32,000 nucleotides of DNA from Vibrio alginolyticus NBRC 15630 = ATCC 17749 (GTDB taxonomy: Bacteria; Pseudomonadota; Gammaproteobacteria; Enterobacterales; Vibrionaceae): NCBI RefSeq assembly GCF_000354175.2, contig NC_022359.1, positions 780,001 through 812,000 of the forward strand. Reading direction: 5' to 3'. The position numbers and the translations under genes are program-made. How positions within the stretch are numbered: position 1 is the stretch's first letter; each line of letters begins with the position of its first letter. The notes under the pieces are model-generated. The model saw only the letters and a list, made by a program, of their open reading frames with translations. It did not search any database and was not told where the DNA came from. Below are positions 8,528 through 16,306 of this stretch, one piece after another.

Positions 8528-8541
8528 AAAAGGAAAAAGTA

Positions 8542-9684
8542 GTGAATAAGAAATTGGTGTCTCTCGTGATCGGTAGCATTTTTGCATCCCCTGTTTTTGC
8601 CGACACACTATCGAACCCACAGATTGGTGTTGTTGTTGATGGCTACTACCAAGATGGCCAACGTCATAATTCTGAGCGCGAAGAAGGCTTTGGTCTAGGC
8701 CATACGGAATTAAACTTCTCATCAAATATCGACGACAAGTTTTACGGCGCATTGACCGCGGTTCTTGAAAGTCATGGTGATGAGACAGAATTAGAGCTTG
8801 AAGAGGCATTCATCGAAACTTTGGCATTGCCATATGGTGTAAACGTGCGCGCTGGCCGATTCCTATCTGACTTTGGTTACCTGAACAACCAACACATGCA
8901 CACCGATAGCTTTGTTGAGCGTCCAATTGCTTATCGTACTTTCCTTGGCTCGCACTACTACGATGATGGTGTACGTGCAAACATCGTGTTGCCAACCGAC
9001 CTTTATGTAAAACTTGGTGTAGAAGCGCTCAGTGGTAGCAAAATGTCTTCTGTCGAAGATGGTTCTGAAGTTGGCGTGTACACCACGACGCTGAAGCTTG
9101 GTAGTGACTTCTCCGAATCTTCAAGTTGGCAGTTTGGTTTAAGTTACCTGCGTAACGAAAACGGCAAGGTTAAAGAATTCGAAGATCACGACCACGGTCA
9201 TGAAGAAGAGCATGAGCACGATCACCATCATGGCGCAGCAGTGACAGGTGCGAACCTTTACGGTGCTGATTTTGTTTGGAAATGGGCACCAGACGGTAAT
9301 TACAAATACAGCAACTTCACGCTATCGGCTGAATACATGCTGTTAGACGGTGTGGTAGATAGCAAATATAAAAACGATGCAGAGTCACCAGACAACTTAA
9401 GCGCTTACTATGTTTCGGGTGTTTATCGCTTCAACCCAAGCTGGTCAGCAGGTCTACGTTACGGTGAAGCAGAAAGCTACGATGGCCACGCGCACGGCGA
9501 CCACATGCACTTCACTGCACTGAATGATAAAGAAATGGATGCGATGATCGCATGGGATTCTTCTCACTTTGGTACTATCCGTGCTCAATACACTCGCATT
9601 GATAACCAAGACAGCGAGACAGACAACGTATTCACTCTGCAATACGTGATGACATTTGGAGCGCACGGTGCACATGCGTTCTAA
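8542..9684 (+). CDS. His-rich outer-membrane beta-barrel-type protein (probable zinc-regulated OMP)
   Basis: GTG start with an AGGAAA SD. Signal peptide VNKKLVSLVIGSIFASPVFA|D. Amphipathic beta-strand-like segments run throughout, and the C-terminus ...FTLQYVMTFGAHGAHAF ends in Phe, an OMP beta-signal-like feature. Acidic His clusters are EDHDHGHEEEHEHDHHHG and GHAHGDHMH. There is no TonB plug or TonB box. Confidence 0.75.
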   Translation: MNKKLVSLVIGSIFASPVFADTLSNPQIGVVVDGYYQDGQRHNSEREEGFGLGHTELNFSSNIDDKFYGALTAVLESHGDETELELEEAFIETLALPYGVNVRAGRFLSDFGYLNNQHMHTDSFVERPIAYRTFLGSHYYDDGVRANIVLPTDLYVKLGVEALSGSKMSSVEDGSEVGVYTTTLKLGSDFSESSSWQFGLSYLRNENGKVKEFEDHDHGHEEEHEHDHHHGAAVTGANLYGADFVWKWAPDGNYKYSNFTLSAEYMLLDGVVDSKYKNDAESPDNLSAYYVSGVYRFNPSWSAGLRYGEAESYDGHAHGDHMHFTALNDKEMDAMIAWDSSHFGTIRAQYTRIDNQDSETDNVFTLQYVMTFGAHGAHAF

Positions 9685-10600
9685 GCTGACATTAAATAAA
9701 TGCAGTTTAGCGATGATGGCGGCGGGGGCTGCCATCATCTCTTCACCTGCTTTGGCTCTGAACATCTTTGTTTGTGAGCCAGAATGGAAAGCCCTTCTCG
9801 AAAGTCACGCCCCAGACGCGACCATCTATTCCGCGACCACCGCCAAGCAAGATCCTCATTATGTACAAGCTCGCCCTTCTTTGATTGCAAAGATGCGCCA
9901 AGCCGACATGGCAATGTGTTCCGGCGCGGAGTTAGAAGTAGGATGGTTGCCTATGTTGCAAGTTCGCAGTAGCAATGGTGCGGTGAAAAACGGTTCACAA
10001 AGCATGATCTACGCGACCGATTTCGTGCGCATGTTAGACACTCATGATCATGTCGACCGCAGCATGGGGGACATTCATGCGCACGGAAACCCACATGTAC
10101 AGTTTGCGGCGAATGACATGGTTGCGATTTCGCGTGCTTTGACGGAACGTTTGAAGAGCATCGATCCTGATAACGCGCAAAGCTATCAAGTGAATGGTAT
10201 GAAGTTCCGCGCTCACTGGCGTAAAAAGCTCAATGAGTGGAATGAGAAAGCCGCGCCATTAAAGGGTAAACAAGTGGTGGGCTATCACGAAACCTACCGT
10301 TACCTATATGATTGGCTTGGCATGGAGCAAATCGCTGACCTCGAACCAAAGCCGGGCATTTCTCCTACCACTTCTCACCTTCAATCCTTAACTAAGTTGG
10401 ACTCGGATTCTTTTGAAGCGATTGTCTACTCGTCGCATCAAGACCAGCGTCCTGCAAACTGGCTACAGAAACAAACCAATAAGCCGCTGATTCAGCTGCC
10501 TTTAACGGTTTCTGATGGCGAAAGCTTGGATGAAATGTACGACCAAGTTATCGATGATTTGTTGGATGTGCTCGTGCAACCTGTTCCGGTGAAGATCTAA
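9674..10600 (+). CDS. Periplasmic metal (zinc-type) binding protein, cluster A-I ZnuA/TroA family
   Basis: Signal peptide MRSKLTLNKCSLAMMAAGAAIISSPALA|L. Conserved DPHY and GNPHVQF His motifs, HETYRYL and the spacing are typical of ZnuA/TroA SBPs. There is also a His-rich patch DTHDHVDRSMGDIHAHGNPH. The ATG at 9674 overlaps the upstream stop (9682-9684) by 11 nt. Confidence 0.85.
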   Translation: MRSKLTLNKCSLAMMAAGAAIISSPALALNIFVCEPEWKALLESHAPDATIYSATTAKQDPHYVQARPSLIAKMRQADMAMCSGAELEVGWLPMLQVRSSNGAVKNGSQSMIYATDFVRMLDTHDHVDRSMGDIHAHGNPHVQFAANDMVAISRALTERLKSIDPDNAQSYQVNGMKFRAHWRKKLNEWNEKAAPLKGKQVVGYHETYRYLYDWLGMEQIADLEPKPGISPTTSHLQSLTKLDSDSFEAIVYSSHQDQRPANWLQKQTNKPLIQLPLTVSDGESLDEMYDQVIDDLLDVLVQPVPVKI

Positions 10601-10603
10601 ACC

Positions 10604-11398
10604 ATGGCAGATTATGCATGGCTATTACCTGCGGTGCTGTGTGGCTTGATTGCTCTGGTCGGTAACGTGGTGCTCGGGCAGCAAGTGTTAAAACGCCAAA
10701 TTATCTTTATTGATTTGGCGGTGGCACAAGTTGCGGCCTTGGGGGCTGCACTAAGTCACTATTGGTTGAACCAATACGATCTCTTTTCTGGTTCTTTCTT
10801 TGGTGAGATGGTTGGCCCTTGGGTGATGTCTTTGATGCTTTGCGGTTTGATTGCCTTAATGGAGAAACGATACCAGCAACATTTAGAGCCCATGATTGGC
10901 AGCTTGTTTGTCGTGTCTGCATCGCTGGCGATCCTGCTGGTGAGTAAAGACCCACACGGCGGAGACTTTATTCAAGGCATTCTTAATGGGCAATTGTTAT
11001 GGGCGACTTGGGCAGACGTTTGGCCTTTGGCACTCATTACCGCTGCGATGTTGCTATTGGTTTGGTTAAAACCTGCGTTTATGCGCGGTAGTGGTTTTTA
11101 TCTGATCTTTGCAATCCTGATGCCCATTACGGTCAAGTTAACCGGCATTTATTTAGAATTTGCTTTGTTGGTTATTCCAGCTTTATGTGCGGCAGCATTG
11201 AAGGGAACTCGATTCTTTGTCGCTAGTATCAGCATTGGTATTGTTGGGATCTTATCGGGTATTGCCGCATCGGCTCGCTATGACTTACCGAGTGGTGCGA
11301 GTATTGTGATCACCCTGTTTATTGCTGGCATGTTGTTTAATCTCTTGCTTCAGCCTTTTCTGGTGAAAATAACAAAACCAGCTTTTGTAAGAGATTAA
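10604..11398 (+). CDS. ABC-3 family (ZnuB-like) metal-transporter permease
   Basis: 264 aa and very hydrophobic (~8 TM). Blocks align with my memory of E. coli ZnuB: [27 protein letters not shown] vs [38 protein letters not shown] vs [22 protein letters not shown] vs YDTPAGPSVVL. It starts 3 nt after the SBP stop. Confidence 0.8.
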   Translation: [264 protein letters not shown]

Positions 11399-11410
11399 GA
11401 GACAAGTAAT

Positions 11411-11456
11411 ATTGGTCTGATGAAGTAGTATTTGATTAATCAGACCAATACTTTTC
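11411..11456 (+). terminator. Intrinsic terminator ending the metal-uptake operon
   Basis: 11-bp stem ATTGGTCTGAT / ATCAGACCAAT with a 17-nt loop, followed by ACTTTTCT. Confidence 0.65.
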
Positions 11457-11698
11457 TATCCAAGTCCTCCAATCGTGTAACTTTGCGCCTTCCAACACAC
11501 TTTCTTACGTTGATCTTGCCATAGTCATCAAGTTGCCTTGATTAGTTCACATTCGACTCCCAGACTGTTTCTATAGTTTTTATTAGATATAAAAGACCCT
11601 GCGTATGAGAAGCGCAGCTGTAACGCGACTAGGCATAAAAACAAAAAACGCTAGGGATACAAGCGAATTTGTAATCTCAACATTTAAGGAAGACCAAG

Positions 11699-12418
11699 AT
11701 GAAACCGGAAAAAGTAGCAGTAGTCACTGGTGCGGCTCGTGGTATTGGCCAAGCGATTTGTGAGCAATTACTGGAGGATGGATTCCACGTAATCGGGCTA
11801 GACATATCGCCCGTGGAATGGAGCCAGTCGGCGCAGCTAAGCAGTTATCAAGTCAACTTGTGTGATGCCGAAGCTGTCAGTGAAGTGGTAGAAAGTGTTG
11901 TAGAGCAGCACGGAAGAATCGATGCTCTGGTTAACAACGCGGGCATCACTCGAGATGCACTGTTGCCAGACATGTTAGAGCAAGACTGGGACAGCGTGAT
12001 CGACGTGAACCTAAAAGCGGTGTTCTTACTCACCCAACGTGTTGCTCCTGTCATGCTAGAGCAGGGCACAGGCAGTATTGTTAGCATTTCTTCTATAGTG
12101 GGAACGGATGGTAATATCGGCCAGAGCAACTACGGCGCAAGTAAAGGCGGCGTCATCTCAATGAGCAAAGGCTGGGCGAAAGAACTTTCAAGAAAGGGTG
12201 CACAGATACGCGTCAACTGTGTCGCGCCAGGCTTTATCGCCACCGACATGACCAAGAACCTGCCAGAGAAAGTCATTCAAATGATGGAAGGCAAAACCCC
12301 ATTAGGGCGCATGGGCTCAGTTCAAGATATTGCCAATGGCGTCTCTTTCCTAACCTCAGACAAGAGCGCCTACATCACAGGCCAAGTGCTCAAGATTGAC
12401 GGTGGGTTGGTATTATAG
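11699..12418 (+). CDS. SDR oxidoreductase, 3-oxoacyl-ACP reductase (FabG)-like
   Basis: VTGAARGIG (TGxxxGIG), NNAG and YGASKGG (YxxxK), with a ...IDGGLVL C-terminus typical of FabG-like classical SDRs. A GGAAG SD lies upstream of the ATG. Confidence 0.85.
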   Translation: MKPEKVAVVTGAARGIGQAICEQLLEDGFHVIGLDISPVEWSQSAQLSSYQVNLCDAEAVSEVVESVVEQHGRIDALVNNAGITRDALLPDMLEQDWDSVIDVNLKAVFLLTQRVAPVMLEQGTGSIVSISSIVGTDGNIGQSNYGASKGGVISMSKGWAKELSRKGAQIRVNCVAPGFIATDMTKNLPEKVIQMMEGKTPLGRMGSVQDIANGVSFLTSDKSAYITGQVLKIDGGLVL

Positions 12419-12440
12419 CTCGTTAATCAAAACCCAAAAT

Positions 12441-12479
12441 AAAAACGCCTTTTACTTATATGAAGGGCGTTTTTGTTTG
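12441..12479 (+). terminator. Probable intrinsic terminator after the FabG-like gene
   Basis: AAAAACGCCTTT...GAAGGGCGTTTTTGTTT forms a ~9-bp stem (two G-U pairs) followed by a T-run. Confidence 0.5.
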
Positions 12480-12621
12480 AGGAACCCGACTTATGTGAGT
12501 ACTACTAATAGAAAGCTTCGATTTCGCTTCGAGTTGAGTTTTTGAAGCAAAAGGCCAATACGTTTGAATAGCGTCGGGCGTCTCCTCTTAAACACTGCAT
12601 TCCCTAAAGCACAGTATTCCC

Positions 12622-12652
12622 AAAAGAAAAGCCCACCGAAAAGCGGGCTTTG
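12622..12652 (-). terminator. Probable intrinsic terminator of proA (minus strand)
   Basis: The minus-strand RNA reads AAAGCCCGCUUUUCGGUGGGCUUUUCUUUUGGG: a 7-bp stem (one G-U pair) plus a U-rich tail, ~27 nt after the stop at 12679. Confidence 0.5.
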
Positions 12653-12678
12653 TTCTCTTCTAATAACGAGAAGAATAA

Positions 12679-14283
12679 CTAGTAGCTCGCTTGAATGCTG
12701 ACACCGCTATAGTTTGAGTAACCTTGAATCATGACGTGATAACGTCCACTTTGTGTCGCACTGACCGTACATGTTTCATTGTTACCGTATTTGAAAGGTC
12801 GGCAGTCCCATGCATTCAGTGCTGGTTTTGCTCCAAAACGGAGATACAAATCCGCATCACCACTTCCACCATACATTTGTACGGTTAAACGCTGCCCAGC
12901 TTCTACATCAACATAGTAATACGCTACTTGACCAGTTGAACCACTTAAACCACTTATTGGCACGCCCGAGGTTAATTTGCCTTCTGGGTCCGGTGTTGGG
13001 TCTGGGCCACCGCAGTCTTGGCCACAATCTTCATCCGTTAAGCTATAAAGTAGCTTGTTCACGCTGCCTCTTGTGTCCGTCACTTTTCCGCTAGTTGCGC
13101 GGCTAACGATCAAGGCCTCTACTTGGCTTGGAGACAGTGAACTGTTTTCTTGAAGATACAATGCTGCTACACCCGCCACATGTGGCGTCGCCATCGAAGT
13201 GCCACTAATGGTTTTGTAGCCACCGTCATACCATGCAGATTTGATTTGTGAACCTGGCGCAAATACATCCACACAACTGCCCCAGTTTGAAAAACTCGAA
13301 CGTGCATCCGTGCTAGTGGTCGATCCGACAGTTACTCCGGAAGCAACGCGTGCTGGAGAATAGTTACACGCATCGGCGTTGGAGTTACCTGCTGCTAGCA
13401 TAAAGCTGACACCTGACTGAACCGCACTTTGCACCGCACTATCCAGAGCGACGGATTGACCGCCGCCTAAACTCATGTTGGCGACTGAAGGTCCGGAAGC
13501 GTTCGCAGCCACCCAGTCCACACCGGCAATAACACCAGAAGTAGAACCCGATCCGGTACAGCTCAATACTCTCACGCCGACAAGGTTGACGTTTTTCGCA
13601 ACACCATACAAGCTGCCGCCAATGGTGCCAGCTACGTGTGTGCCGTGTCCATTACAGTCACTTGCATCTGCATCGTTATCGACAAAGTCATACCCTGAAA
13701 CTGAGCGACCACCGAACTCAACATGCGCGTTATTCACACCAGTATCGATGACATAAGCCGTTACCCCAGTCCCATCAAAGTTGGCACTGTAGTTGTTATC
13801 GAGTGGCAAGTTTCGTTGGTCGATTCGGTCTAGTCCCCAAATGGCATTGGTTTGATTTGCGTCTGCCGAGACTATTGGGTCAAGCGATAGGATTCTGTCT
13901 TGCTCAATGTAGTCCACACGAGGATCAGAACGCAGATCTTTTAGTTGCTCAGGACTCAAGTTAGCGACAAATCCACTTATCGAGTGGTCAAAAACCGACT
14001 CCACTTTTACCGAATACAAACCAGACATGCGGTCTACGGATTGTTGCGTGAATTGCTCGAATTCCGTTGAGTTGCTCGCCATCATTTGCGGTTGTTGAAA
14101 TACCACTATGTAGCGATCTGCAATGGCGATCTCGTCCGGTGCGAGCATTAATGTGGCTGGTAATATGTCCGGAGCTTGTTGTAACTCTGTACTGTCCACA
14201 ATCTCATTGGATTGCGAAAAAGCGAGAGAAGAATGAAAACAGAGCGCGGAGGTGATACAACAACTTAGTAGTTTCTTTAACAT
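12679..14283 (-). CDS. proA: Secreted alkaline serine exoprotease, subtilase family S8, with N-terminal I9 propeptide and C-terminal PPC-type domain
   Basis: Signal peptide MLKKLLSCCITSALCFHSSLAFS. The catalytic triad motifs are AYVIDTGV (Asp), HGTHVAGT (His) and GTSMATPHVAG (Ser). The C-terminal ~100 aa form a pre-peptidase-like beta domain. The 534-aa product from the ATG at 14283 matches my recollection of V. alginolyticus alkaline serine exoprotease A (ProA), both nearly residue-for-residue and in length. The track start at 14331 adds 16 unlikely residues. Confidence 0.9.
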   Translation of the reverse strand: MLKKLLSCCITSALCFHSSLAFSQSNEIVDSTELQQAPDILPATLMLAPDEIAIADRYIVVFQQPQMMASNSTEFEQFTQQSVDRMSGLYSVKVESVFDHSISGFVANLSPEQLKDLRSDPRVDYIEQDRILSLDPIVSADANQTNAIWGLDRIDQRNLPLDNNYSANFDGTGVTAYVIDTGVNNAHVEFGGRSVSGYDFVDNDADASDCNGHGTHVAGTIGGSLYGVAKNVNLVGVRVLSCTGSGSTSGVIAGVDWVAANASGPSVANMSLGGGQSVALDSAVQSAVQSGVSFMLAAGNSNADACNYSPARVASGVTVGSTTSTDARSSFSNWGSCVDVFAPGSQIKSAWYDGGYKTISGTSMATPHVAGVAALYLQENSSLSPSQVEALIVSRATSGKVTDTRGSVNKLLYSLTDEDCGQDCGGPDPTPDPEGKLTSGVPISGLSGSTGQVAYYYVDVEAGQRLTVQMYGGSGDADLYLRFGAKPALNAWDCRPFKYGNNETCTVSATQSGRYHVMIQGYSNYSGVSIQASY

Positions 14284-14629
14284 AAAATGTTCCTTGAAAT
14301 CATAGTCTTGTTGATTTTTACCTAGTACCAAACTGTCAACACGAAAACACAGACAATCAGCGTAGTACGTGCTGAAGTGACGTTACACAAGTCAAACTAG
14401 ACAATGAGCAATTATATGCATAACTGATAATAATTCGCATACTCAGAAACATGATCAATAACCAAGCTTTATTGAAATTGAAATGCAAAGATTCATTTAG
14501 ACTTAGAGCAAAATCCCTAAAATAGAATAATTCTACACACCTGGCATATTGCCTGTTATATGACCTCATCTTACCGATAATTTACGCAATAAAAACCTAA
14601 CTATCCTTTCATTGGTCACAACTCAAATC

Positions 14630-15005
14630 GGTTGATAGATGTTAATATAGCCACCTGATTTCTGATGTTTTTTAACTCATGGTTACTATCCAAGTTCAAT
14701 GTCGTTTCTGTAATAAAACCAGAGCCCGTTCGTGAACATGGAAAAGGGCATTCTGGCTTTCCTCGCTCCAGATGTATCGAGTGTCGAAAGAGCTTTAACT
14801 TGATTAAGTTTACGAAGCCCGCAAGCCAGATGTAAAAGAAAAAATTGTTGATATGTCAATGAATAGCTCTGGCGTTAGGGAAACAGTACAAGTGTTGAAT
14901 GTCGCATACAACACGGTATTGAGCACTTTAAAAAATCTCGCGCCAAGGTAAGTAACCTCAATGCCTTTCGATAAAGCAAATATAAGACTAATTTGTAAAC
15001 TTGAA
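14630..15005 (+). mobile_element. Decayed, truncated IS1-family element (InsA region plus the first ~18 codons of InsB'); non-functional
   Basis: Read with frame corrections from the ATG at 14679: MVTIQVQCRFCNK / PEPVREHGKGHSGFPRSRCIECRKSFNLIKFTKPASQ / (D)VKEKIVDMSMNSSGVRETVQVLNVAYNTVLSTLKNLAPR* then VTSMPFDKANIRLICKLE. This parallels IS1 InsA (zinc finger CxxC...CxxC; ...[45 protein letters not shown]) and the InsB' start (SVTSRIQPGSDVIVCAEMDE). The IS1 slippery motif TTAAAAAAC survives as TTTAAAAAATC at 14927-14937. Upstream, GGTTGATAGATG...CTGATTT...GTTTTTT (14630-14675) loosely resembles the IS1 left end. Confidence 0.7.
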
Positions 15006-15201
15006 AGGCTAGCTGTATTGGTTGAGGAATATGAGGAAAACACTTCCCCATTTAAGAACTGAAACACACTTTTGCCCCTTTTCGTGTTAGCACGGAAACT
15101 GTCCTGCTACCAGACTTGTGTTTCAATAGTGCCTTGTAGTATCGAAAACACTTACCACAAACTCTAGAGATTTATGTACTATACCACCTACTGGAAGCTT
15201 G

Positions 15202-16155
15202 ATGGGTGGTATTGACGTGAACTTATCTCAAATTGATCTGAATTTGCTCTTTGTTTTAAAGCACTTGCTCGAAGAGAAGCATGTATCTAACACCGCTATG
15301 GCTTTAAATATGAGCCAGTCTGCGGTAAGTCGAGCACTGCAAAAAATGAGAGTTTTCTTTAATGACGAATTACTGGTGCGCAAGAAATACGGCTATGAAC
15401 TGACTCCAAAAGCAGAGTCAGTAAGGCAAGACATCAATAATGTGATTACCAGTTTAGAAAAACTTGCCCATAGAGACTCGTTTGATCCGAGCACTGTATC
15501 AAGCACCGTTAAGGTTTACGGCCTTCTTCCTCAGATTAATACCTTAATGCCTAAGGTTATCGCTAAGATTCGGCAAGAGGCTCCAAACCTTAAGGTCAGT
15601 TTGGACTCAGCACCAAAACGTCATTTTGATGCGTTGGTGGCTGGAGATGTTCATTTCGCACTTTCCTCTCATCAACCGCCAAGCTCTGAGCAAAATATCT
15701 ATCGAATGGTTGTTGCTAAGCGTACTTTCCGTTTGCTTATGAGCCGCTATCATCCACTGGCCGATTTAGAGCTAACTCCAGAGCGTTTGGCCGAATTTGA
15801 CTTTGGACAAGTCTCTTTGCAGGGTGAGAAGCGATTGTCGTTTGAGCATAAATACCAAGAGCTAGGGTTAGCGAACAAAAAAAAGCGTTTATCAGCGCCA
15901 GTGCAACTGAATAACTTTAGTTCTGCTCCAAGTATCGCTGCGGAGACTGAGATTATATTTCATCTACCGACACCTTTTGCAGAGGCAGCTTGTCAAGACC
16001 CTCGCTTGATCGTTCGAGAAGTACCTGCCGAGCTACAGTTGGACTTTCAAGAAGTCTTCCTATATTGGCACAAACGCTTTAACGATGATCCTATGTGTGA
16101 ATGGGTACGAGAGATCTTTAAACAGCTCTATGTTGGAACCGATACTTTAGCTTAA
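15202..16155 (+). CDS. LysR-family transcriptional regulator (the IDLNLL N-terminus subgroup)
   Basis: ...NLSQIDLNLLFVLKHLLEEKHVSNTAMALNMSQSAVSRALQKMRVFFNDELLVRKKYGYELTPKAE is a wHTH, followed by a LysR substrate-binding domain. The start is ambiguous (TTG 15199, ATG 15202, GTG 15217). Confidence 0.85.
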   Translation: MGGIDVNLSQIDLNLLFVLKHLLEEKHVSNTAMALNMSQSAVSRALQKMRVFFNDELLVRKKYGYELTPKAESVRQDINNVITSLEKLAHRDSFDPSTVSSTVKVYGLLPQINTLMPKVIAKIRQEAPNLKVSLDSAPKRHFDALVAGDVHFALSSHQPPSSEQNIYRMVVAKRTFRLLMSRYHPLADLELTPERLAEFDFGQVSLQGEKRLSFEHKYQELGLANKKKRLSAPVQLNNFSSAPSIAAETEIIFHLPTPFAEAACQDPRLIVREVPAELQLDFQEVFLYWHKRFNDDPMCEWVREIFKQLYVGTDTLA

Positions 16156-16240
16156 ATGCTTATATCGGGTAATTCGTGGTTAACTATTCGTATATTGGAT
16201 AGTGATATTCTCTTTTCTCGATAGTGATTAACTTGTCAGT

Positions 16241-16279
16241 GATTATGATAATCAGGTTTAATTGATAATAATTATTAAA
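16241..16279. promoter_or_regulatory. Candidate Fur box(es) upstream of the TonB-dependent receptor
   Basis: GATTATGATAATCAGGTTT (16241-16259) matches the 19-bp Fur consensus GATAATGATAATCATTATC at 14 of 19 positions. The adjacent GATAATAATTATTAAATGC (16264-16282) matches at 12 of 19. Both lie 25-66 bp upstream of the ATG at 16307. Confidence 0.5.
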
Positions 16280-16306
16280 TGCAATTACATTTTAAGCCTA
16301 TTCAAT

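Noticed and set aside
14357-14569. 70-aa minus-strand ORF upstream of proA
   Set aside because: It lies in the AT-rich promoter region of proA. It has no SD, low-complexity composition and no recognisable motif, so it is most likely a chance ORF.
14810-15067. 85-aa minus-strand ORF
   Set aside because: It runs antisense to the IS1-family remnant, and the plus-strand reading gives clear InsA-like sequence.
15181-15212. Inverted repeat ATACCACC-N16-GGTGGTAT spanning the candidate start codons of the LysR gene
   Set aside because: It could be an autoregulatory LTTR site or an RNA hairpin occluding the start. However, the spacing does not fit the T-N11-A LTTR box, and the stem is short with a large loop. 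I cannot tell it from chance without comparative data.
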